Below are positions 27,510-35,881 of a DNA stretch of 64,000 bases, one piece after another (position 1 is the first letter of the stretch; every line of letters starts with the position of its first letter). The notes beneath the pieces were generated by a model. It had not been told where the DNA came from, ran no database searches, and saw only the letters and a program-made list of their open reading frames with translations. The stretch is from Dehalococcoidia bacterium (lineage in GTDB: Bacteria; Chloroflexota; Dehalococcoidia; Lucifugimonadales; UBA3495). The stretch lies in the NCBI GenBank assembly GCA_965262595.1, contig OZ253548.1, positions 1,371,740 through 1,435,739 of the forward strand, written 5' to 3'. A program made the position numbers and the translations under genes.

Positions 27510-28160
27510 CTACTCGCCCTTCAAATACTGATTCATCGCCGACTTGAAAATATCGTAGGGTTGGGCGCCGGTGAAGAGCAGGTTGCCTACCACAAAAGTT
27601 GGTATTCCCCGGATGCCGTACTGCAGCGCCTCCTGGTATTGCTCCATCACCTTGGAGGAATAATGACGGCTTTGCAGCCGGTCCATCAGCTCGTCAGTGT
27701 CCAGGCCCACCGACCCGGCCACCTCTTCAATCGCCGCTAGTTGCCCCAAGTCCTTCCCGTCCTCCCAATAGGCCTTATAGGCGGCGTGGTGAAACTCCAT
27801 AAACTTGCCCTGCTGCTGGGCATACTCGGTGGCTTCCAGGGCATAGCCGGTATTGGGAGTAACCCGGGGCGGACGCATAATCAGGTTAGCATCGCGCACC
27901 TGAGAGCGAATTGGCTCGCTCAACTCGTCCTCGGTTTCTCCGGAACGGGCTTGACGCTGCAAGCCCTCTTTGGGGGTATCCGGACGGAGCAAGTAAGCCC
28001 GCCCCTCCACGGCAATGTTATAGTCCTGGCCCAACTTGTCGACCCGCTCCAGGCCGACGTAGCACCAGGGTCAAATATAATCGTACCAAACGATAACCCT
28101 TACCGGATCTGAGCCGTTCAGGTCGGAGCTGTTATTTGGTTGCGATACCGATTCAGTCAT
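27510..28160 (-). CDS. FrnE/DsbA-like dithiol oxidoreductase with in-frame TGA (candidate Sec) at codon 30: U-P-W-C motif
   Basis: The track ORF 27510..28034 starts at an internal TTG. The frame continues to ATG 28160, with AGGAGG 6 nt upstream. The sequence reads ...VRVIVWYDYI-[TGA 28073..28071]-PWCYVGLERV, against the family consensus CPWCY. Confidence 0.75.
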
Positions 28161-28244
28161 GGTCTGCCTCCTGGCTTAGCTTGAGCATTGAGATAGCCGG
28201 GGGATAACCGGGGATTAGGCGGTGAGAGAATGGCCGCCCCGGGG

Positions 28245-29021
28245 TTATTCGGCGGCCTGCTCCCCGGGATAGAATGGCGCAGTCTCGAGTTTGGAGGGTT
28301 TCACTATGAGGGAATCAGGTGCGTTGACCAGAAGAGCGCCCAGCTCCGAAAGGCCGGCGATTCGAACACAATCGGTTTCGTCGGACTGCCAGCCGCCCCG
28401 GTCCAATAAAACCGGATGTATCCCTACCGCCCGGGCGCCTACCGCGTCGGAACGGGGTTGATCCCCGACGTGTATCGCCTCCGCGGGGTTTACGCCTATC
28501 CGCTCTAAAGCGGCGGTGAAAATTGCCGGGTCCGGTTTTTCGACGCCGACATCGGCGGAAGTCAGGCAGAACTCCAGGTAGGGAGCCAAGCCCAGGTTTT
28601 GACAAAGCTGGTCCATATCCCGCCGCAGGTTGGAAATCACGCCCAGACGATAGCCCTGGCTGCTTAACCCCTTTAGGGTCGGCAGGGTATCGGGAAAGAG
28701 GATAAAGTCCTTGGGGACGCTGATGGCGATCTGCCATATTTGCCGGGCCAAATCCAGCGAGACGGACAATCCGGCATTTTCCAACAGAACCTGTTCGTAG
28801 CGGGAAAAGAAGTCCAGGCGTTCTACCTCGGTGCGACCGGCCAGGGGTTTATTTTCGTTTTCACTGTTGAAGTAAACGTCGGCCACCGAGTATCCATAGT
28901 TGATGCCTTCCTCAGATACGACAAATCCCAACTCTCGGCAAGAGGCTTGCTGAATCTGGTCCAGGGGCGGCCAGAACCGCACCAGGGTATTATAGAAGTC
29001 AAAAAATATGGCTTTGATCAA
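28245..29021 (-). CDS. HAD-superfamily hydrolase (phosphatase-like)
   Basis: The DxYNT-type motif I is (L/M)IKAIFFDFYNTL. The start is probably TTG 29021; the upstream part of the track ORF looks non-coding. Confidence 0.7.
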   Translation of the reverse strand: MIKAIFFDFYNTLVRFWPPLDQIQQASCRELGFVVSEEGINYGYSVADVYFNSENENKPLAGRTEVERLDFFSRYEQVLLENAGLSVSLDLARQIWQIAISVPKDFILFPDTLPTLKGLSSQGYRLGVISNLRRDMDQLCQNLGLAPYLEFCLTSADVGVEKPDPAIFTAALERIGVNPAEAIHVGDQPRSDAVGARAVGIHPVLLDRGGWQSDETDCVRIAGLSELGALLVNAPDSLIVKPSKLETAPFYPGEQAAE

Positions 29022-29460
29022 ACTGCCACCTACTCTACCACTTGCTCCCCACCGCCCCGCTACCTTAATCCTATGCCGGCCAACGCCTGCCACCCAACAA
29101 CACCAACCCTTAAGGGGCGCCAGCAAAATGGCATTCTAGCATATCCGAAAGCGATTGTGAATCCGGTAACAATTATGCGCCGGGGCTAAAGCAAAGCAAC
29201 TCAAACCGACCCCGCCAGTACCTAAATAGGCCAATTATCAATATGGGAAGCTACGCCCGACGGGGCGCTGCACGGTCGGGGCAGCCCTGGTTTTGCGCAG
29301 GCCGGTCGGGATTACCTGGTCGAGATTTGATTGAGCTATTGCCTACCCCGCCGGTTGAAAGTATGCTGAAGATGTATGCTTGAGTTAAGTTGGCGGCGAA
29401 GTCAACCCAACGCCAGTCAATTGTGCAACCAAACATCATCCAACAGCGGAGTCTAGTGAT

Positions 29461-29910
29461 ATGCGAATCTCGGTCGGCGCCGACCATGCCGGGTTTACCC
29501 TGAAGGAACTGCTGAAACCGTGGCTGGAATCCTGCGGTCATCAGGTCGTTGATTTGGGAGCCCATGCCCTGGACCCGGAGGACGATTATCCGGATTTTGC
29601 GGCCGCAGTAGCCAGGTCGGTGCAGGCCGGAGAGTCGGAAAGGGGAATAATTGTCTGCGGCAGCGGCGTAGGGGCCAGTATCACTGCCAACAAAGTAACC
29701 GGCGTACGGGCCGGACTCTGCCACGACACCTACAGCGGGCGGCAGGGCGTGGAACACGACGATATGAACGTGATTTGCCTGGGCGCCCGTATCATCGGCC
29801 AGGACTTGTCCAAAGAGATTCTGGGAGCCTTCTTGTCCGCCGGTTTCCTCCCTGAACCCCGGTTCCAACGCCGGTTGGAAAAACTGATAAAAATAGAGCA
29901 GGAAGGGTAG
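29461..29910 (+). CDS. rpiB: ribose-5-phosphate isomerase B
   Basis: The RpiB/LacAB family signature MRISVGADHAGFTLKE...CGSGVG is present. Confidence 0.9.
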   Translation: MRISVGADHAGFTLKELLKPWLESCGHQVVDLGAHALDPEDDYPDFAAAVARSVQAGESERGIIVCGSGVGASITANKVTGVRAGLCHDTYSGRQGVEHDDMNVICLGARIIGQDLSKEILGAFLSAGFLPEPRFQRRLEKLIKIEQEG

Positions 29911-29958
29911 GCGGTCAAGGAATCGGGGAAGTCGCCGGATTGACCGGCCAAGGAACCA

Positions 29959-30795
29959 CTACAACCCAGCCATTAGTTCCAGCGCTTGCGCCACCTCTTT
30001 GGGAGAATCCAGCCGGTAATGGGCGCAAGTAGGTTGGCGGGCTGCTCCCACGAAAACGGAAATGCCGTTGAGCTCGTGCACCGCTGCAAAACCGTCCTCA
30101 TCGGTAACGTCATCCCCGAAAAAAATCGCCAGGGTTCCCGGAGGGAAGGCTGACGCAATTCGGGCGATGGCCCGGCCCTTGTCCCAGGCCACGTTGGGCC
30201 GCACCTCCAGAACCTCCTTGCCACGGGTTATCCTGACTCTTCCGGCATTTTTGACCTCGGCCACCACCGCTTCAAACCCGGCGTTAACCTGTGGCCGCAA
30301 CTCTTCAGGGGTGAGACGGTAGTGGACGCTCAGGCTCAGCCCCTTGCCTTCTACTAAAACGCCGGTATAGTCCGACAACCGCTCTTGCAGCATCGCAAGG
30401 ATTGTATCCAGTTCGGGCTTCAGACCTTCCGCCTCCGGGTGAACAAAGTCCAGGTGCGGCCCCTGGATTTCCAGCCCGTGGTTGCCGGCGTAAATCAGAC
30501 CTGAAATGTCCACCATCGCCGTAACGTCGTCCAGCCCCCGGCCGCTGACGATGCCCAGGGTGAATGACTCCTTGCCATGAATTCGGCGCAAGGAGTGTCG
30601 GGTATCGGGGGGCAGCACGGCCAAGTCGGGGCGTGATTTGATTGGGGAAAGAGTGCCGTCATAGTCGAGCAGCAGCAGCACGTGGTGGGCAACGGAGATT
30701 TGGCGGCTAACCTGGGGCCAAACATTCAGGAGCTGTGGCATTGGCTGGTGTTCGCTCCCTTCGCTAGTGTAGCTTGGGCTGAAGGGTCCCGTCAT
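29959..30795 (-). CDS. otsB: trehalose-6-phosphate phosphatase
   Basis: It has the HAD motif LLLLDYDGTLSPI. ATG 30795 overlaps the otsA stop (ATGA). Confidence 0.85.
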   Translation of the reverse strand: MTGPFSPSYTSEGSEHQPMPQLLNVWPQVSRQISVAHHVLLLLDYDGTLSPIKSRPDLAVLPPDTRHSLRRIHGKESFTLGIVSGRGLDDVTAMVDISGLIYAGNHGLEIQGPHLDFVHPEAEGLKPELDTILAMLQERLSDYTGVLVEGKGLSLSVHYRLTPEELRPQVNAGFEAVVAEVKNAGRVRITRGKEVLEVRPNVAWDKGRAIARIASAFPPGTLAIFFGDDVTDEDGFAAVHELNGISVFVGAARQPTCAHYRLDSPKEVAQALELMAGL

Positions 30796-32312
30796 CCGGC
30801 CGGGGTGACTGCAAACTGGGAACGTCCGGAGGCGGAACTGCGGGCGCACTGCATCAGCTCCACCAGCAGCCGCGCCGCCCATTTATAGATGTTATTTTCC
30901 CGCACGATGGCCCGCATTTGCAACATACGAACGATGCGTTCCTGTTCCGGCATGGTCACTGCCTCCCAGATTGCATCGGCCAATTCCTCGGTGGCATAGG
31001 GGTTCACAATGAGGGATTGGGTTAGCTCCAACGCCGCGCCGGCGAAGGGACTTAAAATCAGGACCCCGTCATGGTCGAAACGGCTGGCAACGAACTCCTT
31101 GGCCACCAGATTCATCCCATCGTGAAGGGAACTGACCAGACAGAAACGGGCCAGCCGGCGCAAGGCCATCAAAGTAACGGCGGGCAAATCGTCAGGCATA
31201 TAAATAATCGGCTGCCAACCGTCCCGGGAAAACCGCCCATTAATATCCTCCAGCAGCCCCTCAATCTGCTCCGAAAGCTGTTGATAAGCATCAATGTCGC
31301 TACGGCTCAATACCCCGGCCTGAACAAAAGTCACCTTACCCAGGTACTCCGGATGTTTTTCCAGGAAACGGCCAATGGCCCGGAAACGGTGGGGTATTCC
31401 CTTGGTATAATCAACCCGGTCAATCCCCAGTCCGACCAGCTTGCCGCCCAGGCCCAATTCATCCTTCAGCCTTTCCATTTCCTCGGTTACCGCGTCACTT
31501 TCGGAGAAGCTGCAGATTTCGTCAAAATCAACACTAATCGGGAAAGGACGCACCAGGGTAGTCTCGCCCCGATAGTCAATCCGATTATATTCGGCGTTTA
31601 CCTCGACATTAAGGGTACGAGCGGCGGTATCCATAAAACTGTTGCAGTGGTCGCCGATGTGGAAGCCCAGCAAATTGTTGCCGAGCAGTCCTTCCACCAG
31701 CTCTTCCTGCCAGGGACAAATGCGGAAAATCTCCGGAAGGGGCCAGGGGATGTGCCAGAATTGGCCGGTGATTATTCCCGGGGAAGCGCGGCGGAGATAT
31801 TGGGGCAGCAGGGCCAGATGATAGTCCTGAATCAGCACTACCGCGGGTTTACCGTCAATCTCGTCCAACACCATGTCGGCAAATTTTTGATTGACCGCCT
31901 GGTAAGTTTCCCAATCCCGCAGGTCAAAGATCGGCTCGGTAAAAGCATTGTGGCACAGGGGCCACAGGGCCTCATTGGAAAACCCGTAATAGTAGCCTTG
32001 TTCTTCCTGCTCGGTCAGCCAGACCAGGCGCAGGGAATAAGAAGGGTTGTCCGGGGGAACCATGACCCGGTCGTTCCGGTCCACAATGTAGGGGTCGCCC
32101 TGACCGCCGCCGTAGGCAATCCAGGTGCCGCCGCAAGCCTGCATCAAGGGATCCAGGGCGGCGGTGAGTCCGCCGGAAGGTACAACATACCGGGGTTCGC
32201 CATCGACCAGATTATGGATATAGGGTTGGCGGTTGGAAACAATGATCAGCCGATAATCGCCTATCTGCCGTTGCACCAACCGCTGCAAATCTTGCTTAGT
32301 CCACATGGGCAC
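30792..32312 (-). CDS. otsA: trehalose-6-phosphate synthase (GT20)
   Basis: 506 aa with GT20 hallmarks (IVSNRQP..., FWHIPWP, LVSSLHDGMNLVAKEF). Confidence 0.9.
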   Translation of the reverse strand: MPMWTKQDLQRLVQRQIGDYRLIIVSNRQPYIHNLVDGEPRYVVPSGGLTAALDPLMQACGGTWIAYGGGQGDPYIVDRNDRVMVPPDNPSYSLRLVWLTEQEEQGYYYGFSNEALWPLCHNAFTEPIFDLRDWETYQAVNQKFADMVLDEIDGKPAVVLIQDYHLALLPQYLRRASPGIITGQFWHIPWPLPEIFRICPWQEELVEGLLGNNLLGFHIGDHCNSFMDTAARTLNVEVNAEYNRIDYRGETTLVRPFPISVDFDEICSFSESDAVTEEMERLKDELGLGGKLVGLGIDRVDYTKGIPHRFRAIGRFLEKHPEYLGKVTFVQAGVLSRSDIDAYQQLSEQIEGLLEDINGRFSRDGWQPIIYMPDDLPAVTLMALRRLARFCLVSSLHDGMNLVAKEFVASRFDHDGVLILSPFAGAALELTQSLIVNPYATEELADAIWEAVTMPEQERIVRMLQMRAIVRENNIYKWAARLLVELMQCARSSASGRSQFAVTPAG

Positions 32313-32508
32313 CGTCCTTAACCTTGGGCCGACGTATAAGCGACATTTTCGTCCGCAGGGAAATCCCCGGCACCCGTGAGAAACTGCCGCGCGTTCAGGG
32401 ATGCCCTACCCGAGAAGCAGTGCGTAGAAAGTACATAGTAGGCATTTGCTATAATATATATTGTATAATGCCGTATAACTCCGGGGAAATCAACGTCCCA
32501 ATGTTGGC

Positions 32509-32532
32509 GGTTCCGTTTGATTTTAGGGTTTG
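32509..32532. repeat. left terminal inverted repeat GGTTCCGTTTGATTTTAGGGTTTG
   Basis: Its reverse complement is found at 35700-35723, differing only at the outermost base. Confidence 0.9.
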
Positions 32533-32576
32533 GCCTATAGTACCATACGGGCGCACACGCACGTAGGGGGGTGTCT

Positions 32577-33944
32577 ATGGCCGACCGCAACTTTGCCAAC
32601 CGGACGCTGTACCACGGCGACAACATGGACTTCCTGCGAGGAATGAACTCCGGTACAGTCAATCTTATCGCTACCGACCCGCCCTTCAACAAGTCCCGTG
32701 ATTTTCACGCTACCCCCGACAGCCTGGCTAAAGGGGCCAGATTTGTTGACCGCTGGAGTTGGGATAGAGATGTTCACGAAGAATGGGTGGACGCTATCAA
32801 GGATGATTGGCCCGGTGTCTGGCAGGCCATAGAGAATGGCCGGGTTAATCATAGTCCAGGCATGGCTGCTTTTCTCTGTTGGTTAGGGATTCGTTTAATC
32901 GAAATGCGTCGTGTTTTGGCCGATGATGGGAGTATCTATCTGCATATCGACCATACTGCCCACGCCTACGCCAAAGCCTTGATGGACGCTATCTTTGGGC
33001 AACGCAACTTTAGAAATGAGCTTGTTTGGTGCTATAAATCAGGGGGTGCGAGTCCTTCACGATACTTTAGTCGGAAGCACGACACAATTTTGTGGTACAC
33101 CATAGGAAGGCAGTATTGTTTTAATCCCCAGCAAGAAAAGTCCTATAATCGAGATTTCAAGCCTTACCATTTTGCTGGTGTCAAGGAATATAAAGACAAT
33201 AAAGGCTGGTACACACTCGTTGGGATGAAGGACTATTGGGAAATTGACATGGTTGGGCGGACGAGTGGAGAACGTACCGGCTTCCCTACGCAAAAACCAT
33301 TGGCCCTCTATGAGCGCATCATCCACGCCAGTAGCAACCCCGGCGATGTAGTCCTTGACCCATTCTGCGGGTGTGCCACCACGCCCATTGCGGCTGAACG
33401 CTTGGGCCGTCAATGGGTAGGTATGGATATTTGGGACGGGGCGGTTGACGCTGTGCGAGCAAGAATAGCCGACAACCGCCAGCTATTGACCGAATCCAAT
33501 CCAACGATTACCTACGCCACCACCCCGCTGGAGCGCACCGATAATCCCGACCCCCACACTCCAACCGTACCTGATTTACAGTTGCGGATACGTCGGATAA
33601 AGGAACGCTGGGAGAGGCTTTCCCACGCCGAGATGCGGGATATACTCGCCACCGCTCAAGCAAGCGGGGATAGCGTAGTTTGCGCCGGTTGCGGTATCGC
33701 CCTTCCCGTCCGTTATATGCAACTAGACCACCGGGACCCACGAAAGGACGGCGGGGAGAACCTAATCACCAACCGGATTCTGCTGTGCGCTCCCTGCAAC
33801 AACTTAAAGCGGGCTGAACTGACACTTTCTGGATTAGTACGGGATAACAAGCGGGCCGGGTATATGGACAATGAGGCTATGGCAGACCTGGCCCAGACCA
33901 AAGCGAGGGACGCCGCCAACCGATGTAGGGCTGAAATGAGATAA
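32577..33944 (+). CDS. N4/N6 DNA methyltransferase (beta-class, DPPF) fused to a C-terminal HNH nuclease domain
   Basis: Motif IV is LIATDPPFNKSRDF and motif I is VLDPFCGCATTPIAAERLG. The C-terminus reads CAGCG...LDHRDPRKDGGENLITNRILLCAPCNNLKRAE. The start is ATG 32577 or GTG 32571. Confidence 0.8.
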   Translation: MADRNFANRTLYHGDNMDFLRGMNSGTVNLIATDPPFNKSRDFHATPDSLAKGARFVDRWSWDRDVHEEWVDAIKDDWPGVWQAIENGRVNHSPGMAAFLCWLGIRLIEMRRVLADDGSIYLHIDHTAHAYAKALMDAIFGQRNFRNELVWCYKSGGASPSRYFSRKHDTILWYTIGRQYCFNPQQEKSYNRDFKPYHFAGVKEYKDNKGWYTLVGMKDYWEIDMVGRTSGERTGFPTQKPLALYERIIHASSNPGDVVLDPFCGCATTPIAAERLGRQWVGMDIWDGAVDAVRARIADNRQLLTESNPTITYATTPLERTDNPDPHTPTVPDLQLRIRRIKERWERLSHAEMRDILATAQASGDSVVCAGCGIALPVRYMQLDHRDPRKDGGENLITNRILLCAPCNNLKRAELTLSGLVRDNKRAGYMDNEAMADLAQTKARDAANRCRAEMR

Positions 33945-33956
33945 GGAGAGTCAAGT

Positions 33957-34091
33957 ATGGCAACGAACCGGAACAAAAGGGAACCGGAAAAGCCGGTGGA
34001 GACACCAAAGCCGCCACGTACCTGCACCTGCGGCATTGAAATTGAGAAAGCTAAAAGGTTGTGTGCCGAGGCCGACTGCCCCTATCGGTAG
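33957..34091 (+). CDS. 44-aa Cys-containing small ORF (below the ORF-track cutoff)
   Basis: AAGGAGAG lies 6 nt before the ATG. The product is MATNRNKREPEKPVETPKPPRTCTCGIEIEKAKRLCAEADCPYR, with four Cys. Confidence 0.3.
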   Translation: MATNRNKREPEKPVETPKPPRTCTCGIEIEKAKRLCAEADCPYR

Positions 34092-34117
34092 TCTGCCCCT
34101 GCAATGGGAGGAAGATT

Positions 34118-35164
34118 ATGGCCGAATACACCGATACCATTACCACCAAGATACTCTGCCCCGATTGCGACTCCCCCGACGTGGTGAAGCACGGCTTCCA
34201 GAACGGCCAGCAACGCTATCGCTGTAAGCCCTGTGGCAACCGCTTTCGTTACAACGGCAAACCACAGGGCCGGCAACTCCAAAGCGAACATACCGGGGCG
34301 GCGGTCAGAATGTTCTACATGGGTATGTCCTATAAGCAGATTGCCGAAACTATGGAGAAACAGCACGACATCCCCGAACCTTCCAAGCACACCGTCTATG
34401 CCTGGGTCAAGCGATACACCGATGAGGCCGTTACCGAAAGCCGCAATCCCCAATACCGGGCGCATACCGGCGATGTTTGGGTTGCTGACGAAATGCAGGT
34501 CGTGGTCGGCGGCGAGAAGTATTGGCATTGGAACGTGATGGATGAGGATACCCGCTACGTCCTCGCCTCTTATCTGACCAAAGAACGGACTACCAGGGCG
34601 GGTACGGAGGTAATGCGCCGGGCCAAGTTAGCCGCCGCCAATGAACCGAAGGAAATCAAGACGGATAGGCTGAGTTCCTATGACGGGGCCATAGACCGCG
34701 TATTCCCCCTGGCCAAGCACGTCAAAGCGGACGGGATACAGGCGGAAGTCAACAACAATATGTCGAAACGGCTACAGGGTAGCTACCGCTCCCGTACCAA
34801 GACCCTGCGGGGATTGGACAGCCGGGAGACGGGGCAAAGGTATCTGGACGGCTGGACGCTGACCTACAACAATTTCCGAGACCACGAGGGCGCGGACGGG
34901 GAACCGCCGGCGGTCAAGGCCGGAGTGAAACTGCCCTATGACGAATGGGCGGACGTGGTACGGGGCAATGACGGCTCGCCGGACCAAATGCACGAATACC
35001 GGAAGGTTGCCGCTCTGGAACGGCCCACCTACCGGATTGTGCCGCCGTCAGGAATGGGGGAACCGGCTTTCCGGCGGCGGGCTACACCGAGAAAGCCGAG
35101 GGGGATGGGCGGGTCTAGCGGCACTCGCAAAATCGTGGTGACGGGCAAGGCAAGTGTCGGCTGA
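34118..35164 (+). CDS. DDE transposase, IS6-like, with N-terminal Zn-finger
   Basis: GGGAGGAAG precedes ATG 34118. The Zn finger is CPDCDSPDVVKHG...YRCKPCGNRF. The DDE-type core reads WVADEMQVVVGGEKYWHWNVMDEDTRYVL...IKTDRLSSYDGAI. Confidence 0.8.
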   Translation: MAEYTDTITTKILCPDCDSPDVVKHGFQNGQQRYRCKPCGNRFRYNGKPQGRQLQSEHTGAAVRMFYMGMSYKQIAETMEKQHDIPEPSKHTVYAWVKRYTDEAVTESRNPQYRAHTGDVWVADEMQVVVGGEKYWHWNVMDEDTRYVLASYLTKERTTRAGTEVMRRAKLAAANEPKEIKTDRLSSYDGAIDRVFPLAKHVKADGIQAEVNNNMSKRLQGSYRSRTKTLRGLDSRETGQRYLDGWTLTYNNFRDHEGADGEPPAVKAGVKLPYDEWADVVRGNDGSPDQMHEYRKVAALERPTYRIVPPSGMGEPAFRRRATPRKPRGMGGSSGTRKIVVTGKASVG

Positions 35165-35181
35165 TAGCAAAGGGGTGATAA

Positions 35182-35553
35182 ATGCCTGGGATAGAAATGC
35201 CGGTCAGAATGACTACGGCGATGTTGTTCTTCTTTGCCGGAGGGGTAGCCGCCTATTTCTCATTGGAGAATCCTGCCCTGTGGTGGGTTGCTGAATGTAG
35301 CTTTGCCTTCTTTGTTGCATTGGGGCCTGTCCATTGGTTAATACAAGGACTTCTGTACATACCGTTGTCACGAGTAGAGGAACGCTGCATTGGGGACACG
35401 TTAGCCGGAGATTGCTTGCAGGGGTTAGCGTGGGGGCTTCAGGTTCTGTTGATGGGGTATGTGCTCTGTCGCAGGGGTATTCGCATCTGTCGAGGCTGGC
35501 TTCCGGCGATTCTCCTTTATGACATTGATTATAAATATGGAAAAGCCTATTAA
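35182..35553 (+). CDS. hypothetical membrane protein (transposon passenger)
   Basis: 123 aa with 3-4 hydrophobic spans. AAAGGGGTGA lies upstream of the ATG. Confidence 0.45.
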   Translation: MPGIEMPVRMTTAMLFFFAGGVAAYFSLENPALWWVAECSFAFFVALGPVHWLIQGLLYIPLSRVEERCIGDTLAGDCLQGLAWGLQVLLMGYVLCRRGIRICRGWLPAILLYDIDYKYGKAY

Positions 35554-35699
35554 CCCACTACCACCAATGACGGCGAACATACCGATTAGAAACCACTGCT
35601 GTAAAGTGTAGTCAAACAAAACAACTCTCCAAAAGCTCAATATATCTATGATGCCCCCAAATCCCTACCCGCGCGGGCGCACGTCAGCCCCGTAGGGGT

Positions 35700-35723
35700 C
35701 AAACCCTAAAATCAAACGGAACT
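35700..35723. repeat. right terminal inverted repeat (reverse complement AGTTCCGTTTGATTTTAGGGTTTG)
   Basis: It pairs with 32509-32532. ATGTTGGC follows directly at 35724-35731. Confidence 0.9.
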
Positions 35724-35881
35724 ATGTTGGCTATCCGCTATTCGCCATCATCTCGTCGCCGATCCAAATTGACAGAGGGCGGGCCGGTAGGTAGGATAAC
35801 GGAAAATGCTCTAAACCTTGTGGAGTTTTGATCCGGGTATCCTGTTTTCCCTACAGTTTCCGCATTGTATAAGGAGGATCT

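Larger units (their letters stand above)
32509..35723 (+). mobile_element. 3.2-kb IS6-like transposon carrying passenger genes (MTase-HNH, small ORF, transposase, membrane protein)
   Basis: It has 24-bp terminal inverted repeats (23/24 identical) and is flanked by the 8-bp direct duplication ATGTTGGC (32501-32508 and 35724-35731). Confidence 0.75.

Noticed and set aside
31071-32321. 416-aa ORF antisense to otsA. The same applies to 50885..52108 antisense to acs, 54808..55815 antisense to the Mo-hydroxylase, 43347..44384 antisense to E1 alpha, and 24894..25976 antisense to nuoF.
   Set aside because: These are long shadow ORFs opposite genes with unambiguous conserved motifs. They have no independent motifs or SD sequences.
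32450-32469. Calling a defined promoter from the two TATAAT hexamers upstream of the transposon
   Set aside because: I could not pair either hexamer with a convincing -35 element at 16-18-nt spacing. It is kept only as supporting context for the insertion finding.
35425-35640. 71-aa hydrophobic ORF on the minus strand at the right end of the transposon
   Set aside because: It has a TTG start without an SD and overlaps the better-supported + strand membrane ORF. It is probably a by-product of the AT-rich terminal sequence.
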